This document shows, piece by piece, positions 35,019 through 44,002 of a stretch of DNA of 64,000 bases (its first letter is position 1; each line of letters starts with the position of its first letter). The stretch is taken from IMG/VR virus record IMGVR_UViG_3300042553_000685, one strand, 5' to 3'. The notes below the pieces were generated by a model that searched no databases, was not told the origin of the DNA, and saw only the letters and a program-made list of their open reading frames with translations. A program made the position numbers and the translations under genes. This DNA is from a virus.

Positions 35019-35520
35019 GATATACTGCTCCTACTATGCTTTGCACTGACTCCTCCGAGTAGCCGAACCAGCGCGCTAGTTGAGCTGCCACTATTGGTCT
35101 ATTAGCCGAGTTAGCTAGCATCATAAAGTTGTTAATTAGTGGTGTATCAGGCATTCGTTTTCTTATTAGCACTTCGAGACCCTCGGCGTTTACGTTGGGC
35201 CTCTCTCTACTATCAGCTCGCATCTGTATGGTCTGTGGCAGTCTTACACCTATAGTAGCTGCATTCAGCGCTAGTACCTGGCCAGGCATCATACGACGGG
35301 GGCTACTAACTAACTCTATACCACTCAGTAGCCATACAGCATCTAACCAATAGGGCCTTGGTATTATTACTATTAATGCGTAGCCCGCACGCGCATCACG
35401 GGTATCCGCATCGTACGTATATTGTGTTAGGAGCCTGAATTGATTTACGTGAGTGCTAATACCGCCCGCGCGGGCTATAGCTCTCTCTAGTTCATCCCCA
35501 TCTCTACTAGTAGTTCTCAT
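35008..35520 (-). CDS. hypothetical protein (170 aa)
   Basis: ORF in the array. Confidence 0.55.
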   Translation of the reverse strand: MRTTSRDGDELERAIARAGGISTHVNQFRLLTQYTYDADTRDARAGYALIVIIPRPYWLDAVWLLSGIELVSSPRRMMPGQVLALNAATIGVRLPQTIQMRADSRERPNVNAEGLEVLIRKRMPDTPLINNFMMLANSANRPIVAAQLARWFGYSEESVQSIVGAVYRAN

Positions 35521-35524
35521 TAGT

Positions 35525-36718
35525 CTATATTAATCCCTTTAATACACTAAGGCGCGGGTCTACCGCATTCAGACCCCCACCTATACCAGATCTTACTCTC
35601 CACTCGAAGTGAAGATGGGGGCCAGTGCTACGGCCAGTACTGCCTACTTCGCCTATTACCTGTCCCTGCTTCACTATGTCTCCTAATTTAACAGCAAACT
35701 TACTCATATGCGCGTACCAACTCTGATTGCCCCCTACGTGTTCTAGTTTAACTATATTACCAAATCCATTATTCTCAAATCCGGCTGATATCACCTTGCC
35801 TGCCATAGTGGCTAATATAGGTGTGCCTATCGGAGCCCCTATGTCTATACCGTTGTGCATCCTACCCCAACGCCAGCCAAACCCACTAGTCAGAGATCCC
35901 TTAGAGGGTACTATGCCACTCCCAGAGCCTGGCCTACCAGGCATTACCTGACCTGCTAATGCGCTTACCTCATTGAACTGAAACCCGGGGGCTCCTGCTC
36001 CATAGGATAGAGTATTATTAGTCATAGCTCTATTAACCTGAGGTACAGAACCTGTATGAATAATAGCATCGCGTTGGTTATAGGGCCACTTGAACTCTCC
36101 TGTACGGTTGAATATAGCATTAACAAATCCATCTATACCCTCTGCTAGTGCCTGCGCCAACTGTTCAGTAGAATAAGCACTATCGCCCGGTATAGTGGGA
36201 GCATTACCCCCACCACCACTCAAAGTAGATGGTGCCGGGCCCTGTCCTCGCCTATAGGCTAGATACTGTTTATATAGAGTAGCTAGCGTATTCTCTCCAC
36301 CTCGTGCTTCAGAGGCCCCCGGTAGACTAGTCCATTGTTTCCGTAGCTTGTTATAGTAGCTTAGTATGTTACCACTCATGACCTCCTCTACCGTAGTACC
36401 AGTCTCATCGAGTATTAAATATAGTATGGCTAGATCCTGGTTCAGAGGGCTGAAGTCAGATAGCATTCCCCCAGTCTCTCTATTAATACCATCCCATGTC
36501 ACATCTAAGATCTGGTATCTACCTGCAGCCGTGGTGTAGTTCCCTCGACCTCCTATTGGGAATCTCTGGCGGGGGTGGTCCTCGTAACTACTGAATTTAG
36601 ATCCACCGTATAGTGTATTGTAATCGGCCCCCTCAAATTGTCCATCACTGATTACATCCAGGAGGGCCCTAAACTCAGGCCTATTCAGAAGAGGTTGTAG
36701 ATTCTCTCTATTCCACAT
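35525..36718 (-). CDS. bifunctional peptidoglycan hydrolase: lambda-R-like (GH104) lytic transglycosylase plus M23 endopeptidase
   Basis: 397 aa. The N-terminus has EGADYNTLYGGSKFSSYEDHP...TTAAGRYQILDVTW (about nt 36514-36535 for AAGRYQ). The C-terminus has MHNGIDIGAPIGTPILA (about nt 35840) and GSTGRSTGPHLHFEW (about nt 35600). Confidence 0.8.
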   Translation of the reverse strand: MWNRENLQPLLNRPEFRALLDVISDGQFEGADYNTLYGGSKFSSYEDHPRQRFPIGGRGNYTTAAGRYQILDVTWDGINRETGGMLSDFSPLNQDLAILYLILDETGTTVEEVMSGNILSYYNKLRKQWTSLPGASEARGGENTLATLYKQYLAYRRGQGPAPSTLSGGGGNAPTIPGDSAYSTEQLAQALAEGIDGFVNAIFNRTGEFKWPYNQRDAIIHTGSVPQVNRAMTNNTLSYGAGAPGFQFNEVSALAGQVMPGRPGSGSGIVPSKGSLTSGFGWRWGRMHNGIDIGAPIGTPILATMAGKVISAGFENNGFGNIVKLEHVGGNQSWYAHMSKFAVKLGDIVKQGQVIGEVGSTGRSTGPHLHFEWRVRSGIGGGLNAVDPRLSVLKGLI

Positions 36719-38283
36719 TATTTTGGTGTTCCTCCCTTCAGGGACTGTAAAATAGCACGGGCCTTCCCTTCGAAATAGGCATTTTGTGCTGCTGTATCAT
36801 TACCTCTCATTAGGGCCTCTACCTGTGCATTCAATATTCCTACCTCAACTAGCGGTACCCCTCTATTGGGCCCGTATAAGCCGTTGCGGTGATTTCTGGT
36901 GAAGGCGCCGAATGTTTGAGCTAGTCTATCCTCGTATGGTAGTATCTCCTTACGGCTAGGTATGACGCCAGTGGCACCCCTATACTCTCCTGCCGCACCT
37001 GCGTCGAAGTGTATCTCTAGAACACCCGCGCCATTGGTCTTCTCCTGCACGGCTCTATCTAACACTGATTGCCAGGAGGTACCTATTGGTGGTAAGAATA
37101 TAGATAGTTGGAGACCGTAAGAGGGGGCCAGTCTCTCCATTATCTTGAGGACCTGTTCATTCATCCAACTCTCCGCCGACTGACCTGGGGCCTGGGGTAG
37201 AGGTGTGCCAGCAGCTCCACTAGTACCTGATTTACCATCGCGGTGGCCGGCTGTTATGAACCAGCGAGTAGGCTCCTTATTAGTAGCACTCTGCCAGTCC
37301 TTATCATTCTTACGGCTTTCATTATATGTATCAGATACCTCAGGCCCCCTCTGTGTAGGTATGTCTTGTGCTTTATCCTCAACGCGCGCTATGCCCTCAG
37401 CCTGTCGTTGTAGATTCTGGCGGCTAGCCTCTAGGTAAGCCTGACATAACCGCCTCTCCTCTTGTATACGATAGGAAACTGTTATAGCAGTAGTCGTAGA
37501 TACAGGCTCCTCCTCTTGCCCCGCTACCATAGGTGTTATGCCGCTAGGCAGTGACTCCGTGGTAGCCGATGTAGGCCTGATACCCTGCATCCTCTCTAGT
37601 CCATCCGCTCGGGCGCAGTGTCGTGCTGATAGCTGCATGAGATGATTGACACTGCTGCGGCGGTCGCCGTTAGCTACCAGGTAAATGTTACTATCACTGA
37701 ATAGTATATTCTCTCCGCTTGTATAGAGAGAGCGGGTGCCTTCGTCATTGCGTATCTCTATAACACCGGGGCGGGGCTGTCTATCATAGGCCTCTGCTAG
37801 TGAGCCATAATCAGGGCTATCATACGCCGTATCTAGTGAATTGATGCCTGTTACGTGGAAGAAGGCATTGGGCTGTGTTATGCGATTAGGGTGCCCTAGT
37901 GGTTGGTTGAATGTCTGACCCTCGGGGCCGCGCTGATTAGGCTTCTGTAAATCACCATCTACGTATAGCTTATCGTAATTACCCTCTGAGGTATATCCGC
38001 CTAGGATGAAGGCATCCTCCATCTTCCCATCATTGAAGCCCACTATGACTGGCTGTCCTATCTCGAGAGGGTTGTATACGCCTAGCCCATTATGACCAAA
38101 GGGGCCGCTTATCCTAACATTATCCAGGATCATACCCTTCAATAGGCGCACCGAGCAGAAGTTACCTAGGCGGCCCTCCCTAGTGATACTATGGACTATA
38201 CCGCGCTGTATGCCCCACTGGCTCTTACTGTACTTATAGGAATGGGGCTCAGAGTATAGGCCGCCATTGTTATTAGCAAACAT
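36718..38283 (-). CDS. baseplate central spike (gpV/gp5 OB-fold) fused to an Amidase_3-like cell-wall amidase
   Basis: 521 aa. The N-terminus has GIVHSI..CSVRLL..ISGPFGHNGLGVYNPLEIGQPVIVGFNDGKMEDAFILG. The C-terminus has ITAGHRDGKSGTSG ... VLEIHFDAG (about nt 37001-37020). Confidence 0.7.
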   Translation of the reverse strand: MFANNNGGLYSEPHSYKYSKSQWGIQRGIVHSITREGRLGNFCSVRLLKGMILDNVRISGPFGHNGLGVYNPLEIGQPVIVGFNDGKMEDAFILGGYTSEGNYDKLYVDGDLQKPNQRGPEGQTFNQPLGHPNRITQPNAFFHVTGINSLDTAYDSPDYGSLAEAYDRQPRPGVIEIRNDEGTRSLYTSGENILFSDSNIYLVANGDRRSSVNHLMQLSARHCARADGLERMQGIRPTSATTESLPSGITPMVAGQEEEPVSTTTAITVSYRIQEERRLCQAYLEASRQNLQRQAEGIARVEDKAQDIPTQRGPEVSDTYNESRKNDKDWQSATNKEPTRWFITAGHRDGKSGTSGAAGTPLPQAPGQSAESWMNEQVLKIMERLAPSYGLQLSIFLPPIGTSWQSVLDRAVQEKTNGAGVLEIHFDAGAAGEYRGATGVIPSRKEILPYEDRLAQTFGAFTRNHRNGLYGPNRGVPLVEVGILNAQVEALMRGNDTAAQNAYFEGKARAILQSLKGGTPK

Positions 38284-40154
38284 TAATCAGCGCTTCCTTG
38301 AATAGTAGTAGTGTAATCTCTGTGTGTTAACTTATGACGAATCGAGCGTACTTTGTACTTCGGTAGTACCGCGTTAGCTAGATCAGCGTCTACATTGCTG
38401 ACTATGCGGCCACTATTAGGATCAGCATAGTTATCATCAGTGGCATTGACGTGGGCCCCCACGTACCGTGTTAGTATATCACTGCCATCAGGAAAGGGCA
38501 CGGCCCGCGCCGAGGGACTACTTGCTACGTGCTCTCGCATGCGCGCTGATAGTTCACTCAACTTCTTCTTAGTAGCGTGCATGGTGCTCTCCTCTGCTAT
38601 AGAGTCGTATGCTGATATAATCTGCCTATCGTGTATCAATGTATTATATACCTGAAACATCTCATTTGGATACCAGGTGGGGTCTCCTACTATCGTGATT
38701 TGTATCGTGCTAATATCTCTACTGGTACGGCGGGCCATGCCTAAGCCAACTAATAAAGCCCCTGTCTCTTTACTGATGCCTGCGTCAGTATAGGCGCTTA
38801 GGTTCTTATCCTCAACGACAGTGGCCCTACATGCAATACGGGGCTTTCTATCAGCGTACTTATAGGGCGTGGCCTGTAATGTAACCTCAATGGCGTCATT
38901 GAATGAATCAGATGCACCGTTACCTCCATCATCAGTTACTATAAAGCGGTTAGTTGTGGCTATACTACTACTTACTACCCGCATGGAGAGTATGCGCTGT
39001 CTCTCATCAGGGCATATGTTAAGCCCCGCCGGTAGGCTGCGGAAGAAATAGGTTCTATACAGTCTATTGGGATCTTGGAAGCCACTAGTATCGCCGCTAT
39101 TAGGCGCTATTATAAAATCACCATTGATATGACTGAATGAGGCGTCTACTACACGCTCCTCCTTGAGTAGAAACGCCGCTTGTATTATATCAGCGGGGCT
39201 CTCATTAATGAAGTTGAATACCCCGCGGTTCTGCCCCTGCTCGATAGGCGGACGCTGTAACCATATATGAGTACGGGGGTTACCCCCTGGGCTCATAGGC
39301 GTGAACATAGCAGCCCGTGTCCAACGCGGCGCATCTACTAGCTCTTCGCCTGGCGTAAGCTTATTCATGTCCTGTATGATCTTAACCTCAGAATTACTCG
39401 CATCTCCGGCTATTAGTTTATTAGCGAATAAGTATTCTATCTTACCATCTGCGCCTATGTCGTAGCCGCGTACAGTCATACCCTCCTTGAACTCTTTCCA
39501 GCAGCTGGCTACCTGCGGGCCGCTCTCTGTTTCAATAGGGGAGTAACCTACTGCAAAGTTCAGTATCTTACGCAGTATAAGGGCTCTATCGCCCTTCTGT
39601 TCCGGTGTGGGGGCACTGAATAAGGTATCTGGGTTAGATAGAACACGCGTGTTGTGTAGTAGCCTCATACGATCTTGACACGATAACACTACCTGCACAC
39701 CTGTATTAGCATCAGCCGTTACCTCTACCTTCTCAATGAAGCCCCAGAATACAGGGAATAGAGTAGCGCCCTCCTTCGGTTTCATATCTGTATTTGGTAT
39801 AGGAAATGGTATATCAGATAGATTACTGATATCCAGTACCTGCTTATCTGACCCTACCATCCCCATGTAAATTCGTATCTCATCCTCCTCGCTGAGGTAG
39901 GGGTAGCGCCCGCCTCTGTACTTACTAACATCAGGTAACGCTGGTAGTAATCCCGGTGCATCTGGTACGGTTAGCGTTACGCGAGCTCTATTTATATTCC
40001 AGTTATCGGCGTTGATTATAACATCTACGGCGCGTACAGTCCAGCGACTCTTGTTTATATCTGTAGCGCATGTCTGAGTGCCAAATAATATAGGTTGTAT
40101 ATCACTAACAGCTGTGGCCAGCGTTATTACTGCAGCAGGTGTCTTAGGACGCAT
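38283..40154 (-). CDS. candidate baseplate hub (gpD / Mu gp44 / gp27-like), 623 aa
   Basis: The functional call rests only on position (directly upstream of the spike gene, 1-nt overlap) and size. The ORF itself is solid. Confidence 0.4.
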   Translation of the reverse strand: MRPKTPAAVITLATAVSDIQPILFGTQTCATDINKSRWTVRAVDVIINADNWNINRARVTLTVPDAPGLLPALPDVSKYRGGRYPYLSEEDEIRIYMGMVGSDKQVLDISNLSDIPFPIPNTDMKPKEGATLFPVFWGFIEKVEVTADANTGVQVVLSCQDRMRLLHNTRVLSNPDTLFSAPTPEQKGDRALILRKILNFAVGYSPIETESGPQVASCWKEFKEGMTVRGYDIGADGKIEYLFANKLIAGDASNSEVKIIQDMNKLTPGEELVDAPRWTRAAMFTPMSPGGNPRTHIWLQRPPIEQGQNRGVFNFINESPADIIQAAFLLKEERVVDASFSHINGDFIIAPNSGDTSGFQDPNRLYRTYFFRSLPAGLNICPDERQRILSMRVVSSSIATTNRFIVTDDGGNGASDSFNDAIEVTLQATPYKYADRKPRIACRATVVEDKNLSAYTDAGISKETGALLVGLGMARRTSRDISTIQITIVGDPTWYPNEMFQVYNTLIHDRQIISAYDSIAEESTMHATKKKLSELSARMREHVASSPSARAVPFPDGSDILTRYVGAHVNATDDNYADPNSGRIVSNVDADLANAVLPKYKVRSIRHKLTHRDYTTTIQGSAD

Positions 40155-40160
40155 AATTAA

Positions 40161-40191
40161 TAAAAAGGGGACTCAGGAAATCCTGAGTCCC
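40161..40191 (-). terminator. intrinsic terminator after the tail tube gene
   Basis: The minus strand reads GGGACUCAGGA-uu-UCCUGAGUCCC (11-bp GC-rich stem) followed by CUUUUUAUUAAUU. Confidence 0.75.
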
Positions 40192-40212
40192 ATAAGCGGA
40201 GAGAATGTGGGA

Positions 40213-40923
40213 TTATTGTGTAATACTATTCCCAAACGATGAAGAAGAGCTTCCCACAGATAAAGGACGAGTATTGTTTTTGAACTGCTGAACAGATTCA
40301 GGAATATACCGAATACCTTCAGCTACACCCTCCCAACGTTGTGCAGGTACGCGACGACCAGGCATGAAGCCGACGCTGTAATTATCTACCTTGCATCTAG
40401 TTATTTCATATCTGAACTTCGCCCTACGATTACGACTAGCAGCACTATTACTAGGGAACTCTATGCCGCTCTGATTATCGCCATTAGAAGCGATATTCCA
40501 GAAGTCGAGGGATCCTAATCTACGACTATCTGTTCCACTACGAGTTAGTGGATTAGTTACTAACTCAGACGCATTAGCATCGAAGGTAATCTGGAACCGG
40601 GGGCTCCGACCTAGTATTTGATCACGACCAATTTCATTAGTGCCGAACGTGCGGCCCATAAATTCACCATCAACTAAACCTTGTTCTAGTACCCACGCGA
40701 TGTTATATTCCCCGTCTAGATAGACAGGTACGCGTTGGCCTAATTCTAAATAGGTCTCAGTCGAATTTCTAATACTGAGCGTCAGGGACTGGAACTTACC
40801 GAACCAGGCAACCTGTCCGCTACTAGTGTCATTAACCCAGACCTCGAAGTCAAACCCACTAAAGGGATCGAGACCAAAGTTATTGACAGCAGGAGTGAGG
40901 AAAAGAGCATCTTTAGATGACAT
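40213..40923 (-). CDS. tail tube protein
   Basis: 236 aa, 4 nt downstream of the sheath gene and followed by a strong terminator. Uses the non-TA (high-expression) codon style. Confidence 0.6.
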   Translation of the reverse strand: MSSKDALFLTPAVNNFGLDPFSGFDFEVWVNDTSSGQVAWFGKFQSLTLSIRNSTETYLELGQRVPVYLDGEYNIAWVLEQGLVDGEFMGRTFGTNEIGRDQILGRSPRFQITFDANASELVTNPLTRSGTDSRRLGSLDFWNIASNGDNQSGIEFPSNSAASRNRRAKFRYEITRCKVDNYSVGFMPGRRVPAQRWEGVAEGIRYIPESVQQFKNNTRPLSVGSSSSSFGNSITQ

Positions 40924-40927
40924 TATA

Positions 40928-43252
40928 TTACTCGCCTAAGGGACTGGTTTCTGTGTCGCGGCTAATCGTCACATAGATATAATCCGCGCTATAAAGGGGC
41001 TGGAATTGTAAACTAACGTATAGTTCGCGGCTAAAGTAAGACGCTGTGCTATTATTGCTGCCATCGATGATGGCAGGCCGGAAGCTAACAATGTTGCCAT
41101 TCCGCTTGAGCTCGCCCATAAAGGCATTAAGAGCAGCGGCTATCTGATTACGGACTAAACGACTATTAGGCATAGCCACATAATTCCGTAGGATAGCGTG
41201 CGCCCCCTGCCTAACAACGTCGTGAACCCGGCGTAGATATATACGCTCCCACGCAGGATCAGTAGATAGTGTAACACCACTAGCAAAGCGGTATGTACGG
41301 TCAACTGTATCCAGACTCAGTACCTCTAACCGCGCAGCTGAATAGATGTCCTGATTGCTGCGGCTAGTATAGTTATCCGTATCAGACTCTATGATGTTAA
41401 AGAGGGGCCCGACAAGAGACCGCGCTGCAGGACTGACAAAGAAGTCAATAGCAGCTAATTTACCTGCGTAAACAGCAGCACCAGGCACGCCATAGCGACT
41501 ACTATTAGGTTGGCCGGCGTACGTAAACCAGCCTGCTACCATAACCGCACGGGTGGAGTTGAATCCACGCGTAACACTGGCAGCCAGAGTAGGGGTAGTG
41601 CGCGGAGGAGCGGCTAATACTGCAATACGAAGGCCATCACTATCACTAGCACGTTCGGCTTCAGTAATAAGAGCCTGCTGAACACCTACGTTGGTAGTGC
41701 CCACTAGGAGAATATGCACAGGTTGGTTCTCTAGAGTACGGATGATGCTAACATAGTCATCATTAGTTACAGGAGGCCCGTCGTATCCATTCTCTAGTGT
41801 TACATCCACTAACACATTAGGACCATAAAAGTCCACGTGGGCAGGGTTCTCAACATCAGTCTCACTCTCGTCAGGCGGGGCTAGTCTCAGCGGTGACTGA
41901 CGTACTAGAGCGGCGTCGTAATTAATCGAGTCGATGGACTTAGGTAAGAAGAAGCCTCGGATAAACTTCGAATCGAGGAGTGCATTTAATTCACCTGATT
42001 CGTTTGTATCCCCCAGTTTAACAGTGTAAACTTCATCGGCGAGAGGTGGGTTGAAGGCACTACCATTTAGATCTTGTACAGTAAGGCGAAACTCGCTATT
42101 ATTCACAGGATAGATACTAACCGTAACTTGATTACCCCAGTTACCCTCACTGACTGCCTGGAGGCGCAGGAGGGGGGTACCATTGAAGGTATAGAAATCA
42201 CGGAATGCACTACGAGGACCATCCAATCCGCCCTGGAATGAGGTGAAATGAATAGCGGGATCCGGAATAGTAGTGACTAATGCAGGACTAGTGGTAAAGC
42301 CTCTATTAGCAGTGTTGTCGTTTGCCGTTACGTAGAACGAGAAGCGATTGCTGATAGAACCAGTGAGAGCAGGCTCTAATTGAATGACTACTCCGTTGTC
42401 CTCAACATTACGAGTAATCTCACCAAAGGGCTCCACACCTGCACAGGCACTGATCAGGCTAGTGACAATCTGGTTAGGTAGGTCGCCGCTAAAGATGGGC
42501 ACAGAGACTACATACTTGTTAACTCTAATACTCCAGCTATTACCCTCTACTAGATTGAGGGCCGCACCGACTACAGTACCGAAACGAACGCTGATGTTAT
42601 TACTAGTTAGTGGGATGAGAACGTTACTAGAACTACCTGCACCAGCAGCAATATTAACATCAATATCCGTAGTGACAGCCGCCCAGTTAAGTGGATTCTG
42701 ACCCAGTGGTACAAATTGCCATTTAATAGTAGCTACACCAGCAGCGACATCATCAACGCGAAGGAAATATCGGCCACTGGTAGAACCAGTATACGGGCCC
42801 GTCGCGGCTACTGTCTCTTTACTATTGACTACAGGCGCTACGGCAGTATTAGTGAGCATAGGCCATACTATATCAGCAGGTGCATCCTCGCGAGCAATAA
42901 CCTCTCCCACGAAATTGGTGTGGATATTGAGAGTGTTATTAACTCCCGCTACACCAGAGAATGTGAGGGATGCAGAAGCAGGGCGGCCCCGGCCAGTAAC
43001 TCGTACTAAGGCAATGTTAGCATCATCTTGATTAGCGAATTGATCATATACAGCCTGGTACTGTAATGAACCTGGACTAGTGTCGGAGCCATAGCGATAC
43101 GCAAAGTCCGAGAAGTTACCAATGTAGGTCAGGATGTTAGCCGGCCCTCGATTAAATCGGTCTATGATGGCGATCCGATTCAATACGTTCGGCCGCGGCA
43201 AGGCAAAACCTACATTAGTATCTTGAAATTCTATAAAGGGGGCGCGAGCCAT
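40928..43252 (-). CDS. contractile tail sheath protein
   Basis: 774 aa. The N-terminus APFIEFQ...IAIIDRFNRGPANILTYIGNFSDFAYRYG...ALVRVTG fits the conserved sheath N-terminal pattern. The C-terminal VPGAAVYAGKLAAID... region also fits. The sheath-tube-terminator layout supports the call. Confidence 0.75.
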   Translation of the reverse strand: MARAPFIEFQDTNVGFALPRPNVLNRIAIIDRFNRGPANILTYIGNFSDFAYRYGSDTSPGSLQYQAVYDQFANQDDANIALVRVTGRGRPASASLTFSGVAGVNNTLNIHTNFVGEVIAREDAPADIVWPMLTNTAVAPVVNSKETVAATGPYTGSTSGRYFLRVDDVAAGVATIKWQFVPLGQNPLNWAAVTTDIDVNIAAGAGSSSNVLIPLTSNNISVRFGTVVGAALNLVEGNSWSIRVNKYVVSVPIFSGDLPNQIVTSLISACAGVEPFGEITRNVEDNGVVIQLEPALTGSISNRFSFYVTANDNTANRGFTTSPALVTTIPDPAIHFTSFQGGLDGPRSAFRDFYTFNGTPLLRLQAVSEGNWGNQVTVSIYPVNNSEFRLTVQDLNGSAFNPPLADEVYTVKLGDTNESGELNALLDSKFIRGFFLPKSIDSINYDAALVRQSPLRLAPPDESETDVENPAHVDFYGPNVLVDVTLENGYDGPPVTNDDYVSIIRTLENQPVHILLVGTTNVGVQQALITEAERASDSDGLRIAVLAAPPRTTPTLAASVTRGFNSTRAVMVAGWFTYAGQPNSSRYGVPGAAVYAGKLAAIDFFVSPAARSLVGPLFNIIESDTDNYTSRSNQDIYSAARLEVLSLDTVDRTYRFASGVTLSTDPAWERIYLRRVHDVVRQGAHAILRNYVAMPNSRLVRNQIAAALNAFMGELKRNGNIVSFRPAIIDGSNNSTASYFSRELYVSLQFQPLYSADYIYVTISRDTETSPLGE

Positions 43253-43303
43253 TTATCTATATATCCGTAGGGACTTAGTAGTCTTATCAGTTATTAGATA
43301 GAC

Positions 43304-44002
43304 TCAAGTAGGATCTAGTATAGTAAATCTCTCTAGGGGTTGTCTTAATCTATCCCGCCAGCCCTTGCTGACGTAACTATCTAGAGCTATTAATAGACTA
43401 CCCTGATGAAAGTAAACGTTACCACTGTCCTCCCATTTACTAGTTGAGTAATTACTACTCAATACCTGTATATTATCACCTGGTAGCGCTATGCTGTGTT
43501 CATTATCGTATAATGCAAGGCGCGTTAACTCCATGTAGTTACTGATAATAGCTAGTGGAGGACTAATAGCCAGTCTAGCAGTAGATACTATGGGTTCTTG
43601 TAGGCGTGGCTCTAAATTATCAGTTATAAGTACAGGACACTCCTCTATATCGAGATCATCGAAGCTAACCTCTTGCATAGAGAATCGTATTATGAAGTTA
43701 AAGCAGGCCTGTTCATAGCCCCCCATTCCTCCCATAGTATGGGGTTTATATACACTACTAACCTCATAACCTATAGAGCTATGAGGTGTGCTAGTCTCCG
43801 CTTCATTATTAGGGAATATAGAACAAACGAGGCCCGGCTGTGTAGCTAGTCCCGCTGCCTGTCTCCAGTACTCTATATTCACTACGGCTCCAGTGACAGG
43901 GTGCTTTACTAATGGGTAGTAGAGTAGAGGGTGATTAGATAAATATGTGAATAGACAGCGGCTGATGTCGTATAGTGAGTTCTCTATCCTGAGATCTGTC
44001 AT
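43304..44002 (-). CDS. hypothetical neck/tail-completion region protein (232 aa)
   Basis: The functional hint comes from position alone (just upstream of the sheath gene). Confidence 0.5.
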   Translation of the reverse strand: MTDLRIENSLYDISRCLFTYLSNHPLLYYPLVKHPVTGAVVNIEYWRQAAGLATQPGLVCSIFPNNEAETSTPHSSIGYEVSSVYKPHTMGGMGGYEQACFNFIIRFSMQEVSFDDLDIEECPVLITDNLEPRLQEPIVSTARLAISPPLAIISNYMELTRLALYDNEHSIALPGDNIQVLSSNYSTSKWEDSGNVYFHQGSLLIALDSYVSKGWRDRLRQPLERFTILDPT

